A stretch of 57,844 nt of DNA, filler included, from Sphacelaria rigidula (lineage: Eukaryota), in assembly GCA_964200075.2 (NCBI GenBank). It is 9 parts of 9 records of this genome, joined end to end, with 100 filler letters (N's around TTAATTAATTAA, not from the genome) between each part and the next. Parts side by side here need not be neighbours in the genome. Positions count along the whole stretch, not along the records: positions 38,631 to 44,968 come from CAXNAA020020682.1; positions 45,069 to 51,406 come from CAXNAA020020683.1; 7 more parts are not named here. One strand, 5' to 3'. The notes beneath the pieces were generated by a model. It searched no databases. It was given only the letters and a program-made list of their open reading frames with translations, and was not told the DNA's origin. Below are positions 38,940 through 49,092 of this stretch, one piece after another (the first letter of the stretch is position 1; every line of letters starts with the position of its first letter). The position numbers and the translations under genes were made by a program.

Positions 38940-39173
38940 TGTAATGCGTGAGAGGACCGCGTGCTTAGAGGATCGCATCTGAATTCGAAAACCGCCATGG
39001 TTAGGGTTAGGGTTAGTGCTAGTGTTGGTGTTAGTGTTAGTGTTAGTGTTGGGGTTAGGGTCAGGGGCGTGGTACCTGAAGGAACTGGCCCGATTTTTTC
39101 CAAAAATGTCGATCCTGGAGTGTTCTGGACTACCACGCGGTCCTCTAAGCACGCGGTCCTCTCACGCATTAAA
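38940..39173 (+). mobile_element. Telomere-tract TGT...ACA MITE copy
   Basis: Same TIRs as 108-318, expanded TTAGTG/TTAGGG tract, degraded TSD (ACAT shared). Confidence 0.88.
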
Positions 39174-39884
39174 ACATATCACATACAGTAGTGGGCGGTC
39201 TAACTATTTAGGGGTAGTTAGGGGTTTTCCTCGCGTACTACTCTTCGATAGAACTCAAAATTGCTGACGTCGGTAGCTTTTGATACAACAAAACGGATCA
39301 TCTTCGAAATATAATGCCCAAGTCAGTGCTAGTTGGTGTTATCGGGCGAAACGAGTAAATACCTCGTTCATCAGGGGGGTGTTATTGACAGGGTTAGTGT
39401 TGGTGTTGGGGTTAGGTTCAGGGGCGTGGTACCCGCGGGGACTGACTCGATTGGTTTTGAAAAACGTCGATCCTGAGGTATTTTGAACAGGGCTGTACAT
39501 CGCATATCGATGATCGATACGATTTCGATAAATATCGGCCAATATGCCATATCGGTATCGGAGCGTAGAAAATCGATATGCAGTAGTGGGTGGTCTAACT
39601 ATTCATTTTGTGGCATTTTGTGATTTTTTCATAATTGGAGATTTTCTCCGGCTTTTTTTCGCTTGCCGTTCCCCATCACATCGGGAATCTGAAGATATTG
39701 GTATCCGCTCCACATTCCAAGAGAAAAATCATCTGTGCTCAATATTGAGTGACTAACGGGCTGACCGGTCATCGGGAGTCCTGCCACGTTTCAGCCCAGG
39801 TTCTTACTCTTCTATAATTTCGGTAGATCGAGCCCGTCCCGATCATATTTTCAAAGAAATGTACAGTTTGTTTTTTTTAACTAT

Positions 39885-40095
39885 TGTAATGCGTGAGAGG
39901 ACCGCGGGCTTAGAGGACCGCATCAGATTTTGAACATCCCTATGGTCAGGGTTAGGGTCAGGGTTAGTGTTGGGGTTATAGTCAGGGGCGTCGTACATGC
40001 AGGTACTGGCCCGATTGCTGTTAAAAAACATTGATCCTAAGGTGTTTTGAACTACGGTGCGGTTCTCTAGACACGCGGTCCTCTCACGCATTACA
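39885..40095 (+). mobile_element. Telomere-tract TGT...ACA MITE copy, 211 bp
   Basis: Perfect 5-bp TSD ACTAT (39880-39884, 40096-40100). Inserted in a Tc1-like MITE whose copy at ~11100 lacks it. Confidence 0.92.
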
Positions 40096-40630
40096 ACTAT
40101 GCCTACTCAGTGCCCTAGGGCCGAAAAACTGTGTTTCACTAACCCTAACCGTAGATTTGATTTTGATTGATTGTCGCACTTGCTCTGACCCCCCAGGGGT
40201 CCAGCCGTCATAGTAGTGGTGTTCAAATTCCGATGCGGTCCTCCAAGCACGTGGTCCTCTCACGCATTACAGTAACTTCGGATTAGTAAACATTGCTGCA
40301 TACTGTGTGCTGCGCGATTTATGCCACGGTAGCTAAGAATGGGCTACGCACGAAAATGACTCGCCCAGCTTTCAGGCATATTAATACTTCGACCGCTTCT
40401 GCTGCTAGATTGGTGCCTATTCCCATCGCTGGGTTAGTGTTGTGTGCCGTTCTGCTGGTGCTCTTCTTGCGTGCGGGTTTGCGGTAAAATTGTTTGGAAA
40501 TGTCCCACATCCCATCATGTCCATGTCCCAGTAGTGGTATGATATCCGTATGCGTTCTTGTGCCTCTTTTGCATGTTACTATCGACCATCTGTTTCCATT
40601 GCGTGACATTTGCTACCCACCGTATAATAC

Positions 40631-40850
40631 TGTACTGCGTGGGAGGACCGCGTCTTTTTTGGACCGCATCGGAGTGTCAACACCCCTATGCTTAGGGTTG
40701 CTGTAAGGGTTGAGGTTAGGGTTAGAGTCAGGGGCGCGGTCCCTGCAGGGACTGGCCCGAGCGGTGTAGTGCGTGGGAGGACCGCGTGCTTTGAGGGCCG
40801 CGTCGGAAGTTGAACGCCCCTATGGTTGGGGTTAGTAACAGACCTCATGC
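40631..40850 (+). mobile_element. Two truncated, diverged copies of the telomere-tract MITE
   Basis: Left TIR variants start at 40631 and 40765. Confidence 0.7.
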
Positions 40851-41119
40851 ATGCAGGGACCGTACCCCGAGAAACCCTGGGCCACGCACTTGTCGACGTA
40901 GGGGTAGCGAAGCCACACGAAGCAAATGGAGCGACATGACGACGACGCAGTGTACCTCGGAAGGAGAATGATCGAGGGTTTCGAAACTGTAAAATTCAGG
41001 CACCCGTAGCTCGCGTGGGAGACACTCTCGCATGGGGGCGGTAGTGGAATGGAGTTGGACAAGTGTATTTTAGGGCGGTGTTGGCGCCGATCACGTCGTC
41101 ACGACCGCATCGACGAACT

Positions 41120-41340
41120 GATGCTCGGTACTTGAAGGCACCAGCTACCGAGACGACCCACCTGCTCGGTACTATCAGGAACCAGATGGCGAAACAACTC
41201 TTCTGCCCCGTACCTACAGGTATCCGGTACCGGGACGATCCACCTGCTCGGTACTAACAGGAACCAGATGGCGAAACAACTCTTCTGCTCCGGCCTACAG
41301 GTACCCGATACCGGGACGACCCACCTGCTCGGAACTTGCA
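41120..41340. repeat. ~80-bp tandem repeat (2+ units)
   Basis: CCACCTGCTCGGTACT..CAGGAACCAGATGGCGAAACAACTCTTCTG is repeated. Confidence 0.85.
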
Positions 41341-41582
41341 AGTACTGAAATGCGGTTTGCATGCGGTTCACTTTGCCATTCAAGGCGACTTCAAGGTAAA
41401 CACATACGTTAAGAACACGAACCTTGCGTTTCTCTTCCGCGGGGATGACATCGCAGTAACTACTGCTGGGATAGAAGGAATGAGTGCTCCGAATGAATAC
41501 ATAAGCAAAGCGGTACAACTAGTTACGGTTTATCTGACAAGTAACGAAGTAGCGAAAATCGTAGTAGTAACTGACGAGGTGG

Positions 41583-41793
41583 TGACATGCATGAGAGGAC
41601 CGCGTGTTTAGAGGACTGCATGGTAATTCTCAACATCCTAGGATCGACGTTTTTCAAAACCAATGGGGCCAGTCCCCGCAGGGATCACGCCCCTGACCCT
41701 AACCCCAACACTAACCCTAGCCCCAACCCTAACCATGGGGATGTTCAAATTCCGATACGGTTCTCTAAGCACGCGGTCCTCTCATGCATTATC
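41583..41793 (-). mobile_element. Telomere-tract MITE copy (minus strand)
   Basis: Same TIRs and an internal CCCTAA tract. Confidence 0.85.
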
Positions 41794-42001
41794 CCTCTCA
41801 CGCATTCCAGTGGAACATTCGACGTAGAATCATGAACAGCTCATGCACTATATAGGTCTTTTAGAGAATGTCAGCACATTGCCAGAAAAGTGAAGAGCTT
41901 GTTGGGATGAAGAGTCCAACGTATTCACAACTTGGATGAGCGGTTTTACAGTATCCAAAAGCTTTGAGATACAACAGTGGGTTTTCGAAAATGACGTTGA
42001 T

Positions 42002-42212
42002 CGTGAAGCGTGAGAGGACCGCGTGCTTAAAGGGCCGCGCCGTAGTTCAAAACACCTCAGGATCGACGTTTTTCAGAACCAATTGGATGAGCCCCTGGAG
42101 GTACTAAGCCCCTGACCCTGACCCCAACCCCGTCCCTTACCCAAACCCAAACCATAGGCATGTTCGAATTTCGATGCGGTCCTCCAAGCATGCGGTCCTC
42201 TCACGCATTACA
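42002..42212 (-). mobile_element. Telomere-tract MITE copy (minus strand), 211 bp
   Basis: TSD TTGAT / TTGTT (4/5). The empty site is visible in the opposite palindrome arm (~44710). Confidence 0.88.
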
Positions 42213-43011
42213 TTGTTCTCAAACATGAGGTTCAAGTTGCGTATCTGTTTTGCAGGGATGACGCGAAACAGGTACACAGAGCGAAACAATCTTTCCCCCC
42301 CGGAAGTCTGCAGCAGTTGAGCAGTTGTGGCTACGTGCACCGAACGAATGCGGTGTACACGCGTGTCGATGACGATGTCACCAGAGAGAGAAGCAACGAC
42401 AGAGAGTAAGCTCCTCGCTCGGCGGTTACAAATCGCTCGAGAGATTGGCATCATGTGTGTTGCCAGCCTGTACCCAATTTCTCATGTGCCGGTAGGCATG
42501 TTATATTGCTGCACACAGCCCCCCAAAGAACATCGAGGTGCAGAGGGATCTCGTCTCTTCTCGCCCGTGGAGCTCACCAATGCAAAGATCGATTTCTCTC
42601 TGCCTCTCGGTTTGGACAGGACGCGCCTCTGTGCGCTGGAAAACATGCCGTTGAAAAACAAGACAATGTTCCCGTCACCGCTGCTGTTCTCTGTCACATA
42701 CATGCCACCGAGGAGGTGCTGCGGCAATAACATATCCAATTTGAACTCGGGGGGTGTTATTGATCGTTAATTTTACTCGACATATGACCATCTGGGTGCC
42801 CGATCACAAGAGCGTGCCACACCCCGGTTGGGGGGTGTATGAGATATCAAACACTTGTGGAGACCTTATTGGCATTCGGAGTGAAGCGAGATGCCTATGG
42901 TGGTGACGTAACTGTTGCTACAATCTGGAGGACACACCCGCTACGTGAACTCCGCGGTACAGCAGCTTTCCAGAATCATTACAAACTGGGGCGAGACATG
43001 ACCCCAAGAGG

Positions 43012-43075
43012 TGTAATGCGTGAGAGGACCGCGTGCTTAGAGGACCGCATCGGAATTTGAACATCCCTAGGGTTG

Positions 43076-43107
<32 letters not shown>

Positions 43108-43247
43108 GGTTAGGGTTAGGGTTAGGGTTATGGTCAGGGGCGTGGTACCTCGAGGGACTGACCCGATTGGTTTTGAAAAACGTCGATCCTGAGGTGTTTT
43201 GAACTACGGCGCGGTCCTCTAAGCACGCGATCCTCTCACGCATTACA
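43012..43247 (+). mobile_element. Telomere-tract MITE copy with an expanded pure (TTAGGG)n run
   Basis: Near-consensus TIRs, ~9 telomeric units at 43068-43130, weak TSD. Confidence 0.92.
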
Positions 43248-46200
43248 TGGGGAACAAAAGTGCTTTATGACCAACTACTTGTCGTTTCATTTGACACCCA
43301 CACCATCAACCGCCGATCGCAAAGGTCTTGTGGATTTCAACTAACGCTGGCGGCAGTACGGCAGGCGAACCCGACGACAGTTTGCTTTCGTTGCTCTACT
43401 GTACTGACTGCCGTCTGCACAGAGGTCACCCACCGTAACAACATGCACCAATTTTTGCGAAAGCTGTAAAAACTAAACAGTTCCATTTTCTCAACTACGT
43501 TCACGTGATTTCAAGGACTGTCAAGACCTGAGAGAAAGTGTCCACTTTGGGTCCGGCGGAACCTGCGAAGATGCTGTCGACCAGCACTACAAAACTTTGC
43601 AGGCATTGGCACGTGCCAATCAATACAAAACCGAACAGATATCGACAGTTTAACGTTCACATCAGAAAGCAACTGACATAAACCGATTTGCAGGTGGGAA
43701 AAGGGGGATTTTGATACAGGAGAAACTCTATGTTGCCCCATGAGTGTCACATGCACTCGCAAAACCTCTGTAGTTGTTATTTCATATCTGGCGGGGGAAC
43801 GGGGAAGCCATAGCTCCTTAGGTAACACGAGTCATATCAATCATGCGGACGTAGCTAATAAATCCGAACTGTTTTGCTTCAATAGCTGTTCCGGAATTCG
43901 GCACTTTCATGTTGTTACGGTGGGCGACGTCTGAACAGAGGACAGTCAGCAGAGTAGAGCAACAAAAGCTCCAGATTGCAGCATTGACGCACCCCTCTGC
44001 ACCACGCTCAAGTACTTAGGTCACCAACATAGGTATCGTTTTTTACACCGCACATCAAGAAGATCCCCATAAGTGTTTGATCTCCCTCACACACACACCC
44101 CAACTGGCCTGTGGCACGCTGTTGTGGTCGGACGCCTAAATGGTCACAGGTCGGGGAAAATCAGCAATCAATAACATCCCCCAAGTTCAAATAGGATCTG
44201 TTCTTGTCGCCGCAGCGCCGCCATTGCTGGCAAGTGTGTGACAGGGAACAGCAGTAGCGGTGACGGGAACACTGCCTTGTTTTTGAACGATGTGTTTTTC
44301 AGCGCAAAAAGGCGCGTCCCGTCCAAAACGAGAGACAGAAAGAAATCGATCTTCGCACTGGTGAGCTCCATAGGCAAGGAGAGTCGGAATCTTTCCGCAG
44401 CTCGATGTTCTGGCACATGATAAATTAGGTACATGCTGGTAACATGCATGAGGCCAGTCTCTCGAGCGATTGGTAATCGCCGCGCGAGGACACACAAAGG
44501 ACACGGGCCAGGAGCTTCCTCTCTGTCGTCACTTTTCTCTCTGGTGATATCGTCATCGACACACGTGTACACCGCATTCGTGGGATGCATCTAGCCACAA
44601 CTGATTCACTGCTGCAGAGTTTTGGGGGGAAAGATGGCTTTGCTCTGTGGAAGTGTGTCGCGTCATCCCTGCAAAAACGATATGCCACTTGAATCTCATT
44701 TTTGAGATTGACCCCATTTTTCATGATCCGCTGTTTATTGGCGCTTCGGGTATTGAATCACCAAAATACATTGATCTCGTGTGGCATCCAATATATCACT
44801 CGACGAGTATTCTCGCACCAACATACTACTCGGCCAATATATATATATATATATATTGAGGTGGCGCGTGTCGTGATATAACAATGTTTTCGTGAGATTG
44901 AGAGTAAACAGGGTTGCCAGAAAAATGAGAACGTATTTTGAAATGAGAATCAACCGCTCCCCGGGATTNNNNNNNNNNNNNNNNNNNNNNNNNNNNNNNN
45001 NNNNNNNNNNNNTTAATTAATTAANNNNNNNNNNNNNNNNNNNNNNNNNNNNNNNNNNNNNNNNNNNNCTTGCTTTGTTTAGCCCGACAGGTCATGGGCC
45101 ATTCTCTGAGTCTGATTGGTTTCCGGGTTTGTCCCCACCTGGGCTCACAGTCTTTTGGGGACTCATCTCAAAGCGCGATTAGTAGCTAGCAACCTTTTGC
45201 CCACAATACAAGAAGCACCAACACTATCACGGACTGCGATCTCAGAGGAGTCTCTGGTCTTCTCACAATGTAAGCTTGTTTCTCATGCAACTATTTTTGT
45301 TGTCTTGCCTCCGGCGCGGACCACGGGTATGCCGCCTGATCACTGGTGCTTCGGTTGACTCCACACTCGGTAAAGTCGATCTCAATGGATTCGATACCCA
45401 TGACTGTGTTTGGGCCCGCTAGCCCAGGTGTCCACTGAACTGGCACCTTTCCACCTAGGCGGTAAGTATCGAACCATGACATGGTGTCCGATGCCGTGCT
45501 TGTGTAGAGTCAACTCCGGCATGCTCCCCAAACATTTAGCATGCGCCTGCATAAAATGGTTTGGGGGGGGAGGTTTGGGGTTTCATTTTGGCGTATCGAC
45601 ACGTCACTCCATTTATATATTGTAAATAGTGTGCTTTGCACAAATGTGAAGCAAATCCAGACTGCAACATTGCCCTTCTTCCAACGAGTACGAAACAATA
45701 CAACCGCGCTGCTTCACAGCTGCATGTTCTCATTGATTTCAATAGCAAAACCAATTGCACCATGGTATGCTTGCACTCTCTTTTCGGATTGCCTCAATCA
45801 TGGTAGAGTACGCTGAACAGTAAAAAGTAAGCATGGACTAGGTAGGCCTTGTCGTCCTGTCTGTGCCTGGTATTGCGTTGTTTCCCGCCGCATTGCACTT
45901 CGTTACATACAACCCAAGCAGAGCGCCACCAACGGCTTTATGCACGAGCTCATCCGAGATGGTTCATCAGCACGCGCTACAATCTCTCATCTTGAACGAG
46001 CCCAACAGACACTGCTGACGCCCAAAGCAAAAGTGAAATGACCTAGCCGGAATAATTTGATGAAAGGCAATACAGTCAAACGAGAGTTGTACGAGTCCAA
46101 CGAACCAGAGGGTCTGCAATTACTTCGGGGCGTTTCGGGACATCAGGTTCCAGACAGCTGCGCAAGCTGTGCAGCCGCGTCGTTGTTATCTGTTGTTGTA

Positions 46201-47157
46201 GCTGTTCGTTGTTTGTTTGTTTTGGTTTTCGTTCTTGTCTGACGTTGTAATTTTTGTGTTTACGGCCCATGGGTAGTTGTACCTTGCTTGCTATCGCAAT
46301 ATATGTTGAAAGGCACGAATAGTTCCGGCACTCATGTCCGCATTCTGCCTCTTGCCCCTGCATGTTGAAAGTCACGAGTAGTTTCCTACCCTGCTTCTTG
46401 AATCGTGCTCCACTTTGACCGCATGAGCTTTTGCTGATAAATGATTGTCATTACCATACGTGCCTCAATTGTTACGACTGAGGTCCCCACGTAACTGTTC
46501 CCCTGAAATGCACATCTGCGTTGCGATGAGACGATGTTCACTATTTTTGCCTACTCGCACACTCAAGTGGCTTCCCCTGCATCGCGCCACCTTCATCCCT
46601 TTTGGTGGGAATCCCACCTGTTACTAATTGTTGTTTATGGGTTGTTTGGGAGTTTGGAAATTCGTTTCGGGCCCGCTGATTCCCGCGTATTTTCGGTTGT
46701 TCGGGAATTTAGAAATTCGTTTCGAGCCCGCTGCTGCCCGTACTGTTCACTATCGCGGTTGTTTCGGTTGGACATGACAACACCTTGTATGACCGGTCCT
46801 CCTGGACCAAGCATTTACAAAATGGAAAAGCATCGTAACAAGCTTGTGAGTTCTTGCAAAAATCATCAGCCCTTGAACGCTGATTATCATCGAAAACATG
46901 TTCTAATCAATGCGATGCCTCTGTTCTTCCCCCTTTTGCCCTGCCCGCGTCCTTTCCCCCCTCTCTGCTGTTGTTGCCACCGGTCCTTTCTTGTCTCATA
47001 TTGAATTGGGGCAAACAAAAACTGTGTCGCTGCGCATCTCTGTTTCCTTGGATTACATTCTTTTGTTACCATGGGGGTTGACGAAACACACGCGTCCCAC
47101 CGCCGATGTTTTATGCTGTACTACTTGGTAAGTACAGCATATTCGAAACACCGAAAA

Positions 47158-49092
47158 ATGTCTGGCAGGGGCGCTGAACACGGCGAGGGACGAGGAAGGC
47201 ATAACGATAGACGCCGCTCCGACTCCAGGTTCTCCTCGGCACGCCGCAGCCGTTCCGATTCCCGGGACTCTCGCTTTTATCGCCGTCGCTCTGAATCGCG
47301 CCGCCGCTCTACATCACGGGACTCCCGTAGTTCTCGCCGTAGCTCCTTCCGCCCCTCCCGCTCTCGTTCTACCTTTCCTCGCCGCAATCTGTCCCGCGTG
47401 ACGTACCGCTCCACGAGTCGTCCCAGAACGAACCGTGACAATCAGTCACACCGGGACAGACACAAGACGGAGGAAAGCGTTAACAAGGAGGAACGGGTGG
47501 AAGGGGCCGAAGCCAATCAACTGGCTAAGGTGAACAAGCGGGTGCGGAGTCGAATTGCAAACACCTCCAAGATGCCAGTGTACGCGGGCACTTCACCAGG
47601 TGAGCTCACTATAGCGAACAGTGCAGTACTCCTCCAGGAGAAGATCTGGAGTACATTGCGTCACGTGGAACGTGCAGCGCTGAAGCTCCCCGAAGACGTA
47701 CCGCTGGGCGGAGGAAGGTGGGTCACAACAGTCGACCAGTACTCGCCCCGCCGGCGTGATTCACTTTTAGACTTGCTTGCAAGGGGTGGCAATACTGCCA
47801 CAACGCTGCTGTTGGGCATGGATGTTGGGGTGCACCGCATCTCAGGCGGAACCGAAGTTGTCCGCCATGATCAGGTCACGGCGACCGATTGGTTGCGTCT
47901 GTTGGTTCGTGAACAAGCTCTCAATGGTGACTCCGCCGAAAATGCACGCGAAGCATTGAAGGAGATCGTTTTGAAAAACGGTGAATCTTGGAAACATGTG
48001 GCTGAGCGAGTTTTGTTGGCTTATAAAGTCACCCTAGCTAGCGCAAGCCGTCCGCATGCCACTGAGACTGAATTTTTCTGGCGTTTCATTACGAAAGAGC
48101 AGCTGAACGAATTATATGAATGCGTCGTCCGAGCCGTCTTGCCCGATGAAGTTCGCAGGAGTGGCATGCAATCACTTCTCCACGAGAAGATGAGTGTAGC
48201 GGACACCAAGCTCGCCGACATGGCAAAGGAGCTGCAAAACCCCATGGGGGGACCTATGCGCCGCCGTGGTGAAGTAGCTAAAGGATTGCACGACGAGTTC
48301 ATCAGAGTTCTTACCGCACGCCCCTCGTCATATTACAGGAAGTCAGTTAAGAAAAAAACAAGTCGCACGGTGGGGGCAGACCGCCTTTTTTCGCTAGAGG
48401 ATATTCAACAAATGTCCCCCGCGCAATTCGCTGCACTCCGCGGTGAAAATGAAGGGTTGATGCCTCGTCTTGCCACAGACCCTGCGTCTGCTCCCAGGAT
48501 CTTACCGCAGATAGAGTACGTGTAACTGCAGTCGAACGAGCGCGTTCAGCAGCAGACACCGGCCCTGGCGGCGGCATTCAAGAACACACCATTGGCCGTC
48601 CCAGGACAGCACGGTGTTCCTTTCGTGGAGCAGAAACACAGGTCAGCAAGAGAAGTTCAGAGTCAAGGTTGGACAGCGGCCGCGAAAGGAGCGTCTTCGT
48701 CGCTTGCTGCACCACCCCCGCCAAGTTCACCCTCGGCTGTGAACACCCGAGACCAGCAAGCCGCTCCCTCCCCGACGGGCGACCGAGAAGAGATCATCGA
48801 TTACCTCCGCAGAAATAAGATCTGCTTCGGTCACGCTTTCACAGGTACCTGCCGCCGCCGCGATGGCACTCCCTGTCCGTACACACACGGTATTATCTCG
48901 CCGGCTCACTACAGGAACGTCAAAGCCCGCCGTAGAGCCGCTTTCCCCCGAAACCGACTCGCGGCCCTTACAGAATTCCAATACCTAGCGGCGATCGACA
49001 TGGGCCTGATCAACGAGGGTAGCGAAGGTGGACGGGAGGACGAAGAAGACGAGCACGAAGGGGTGCCCTCCGACAGCAACAGTGAGAAATGA
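47158..49092 (+). pseudogene. gag: Ty3/Gypsy gag-like ORF with an RS-rich N-terminus, a CCCH finger and one in-frame TAA (48523-48525)
   Basis: Single frame from ATG 47158 to TGA 49092, directly upstream of the protease. C-x8-C-x7-C-x3-H at 48823-48888. Confidence 0.75.

Larger units (their letters stand above)
41970..44740. repeat. ~2.8-kb decayed inverted repeat containing duplicated ORF remnants
   Basis: 42215-42910 matches the reverse complement of 44020-44710. 43383-43530 matches the reverse complement of 43820-43970. ORF-track peptides from the two arms are clearly homologous (RMRCTRVSMT.SPER, ELT.AKIDF, FPSPLL). Confidence 0.85.

Noticed and set aside
43068..43130. (TTAGGG)n as a true chromosome end
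   Set aside because: It lies inside a TIR-bounded MITE in the middle of a contig.
46619..47057. Putative 5' LTR (TGTTA...TTACA) of the Gypsy element
   Set aside because: There is no second LTR on the contig and no convincing primer-binding site, so the boundaries cannot be verified.
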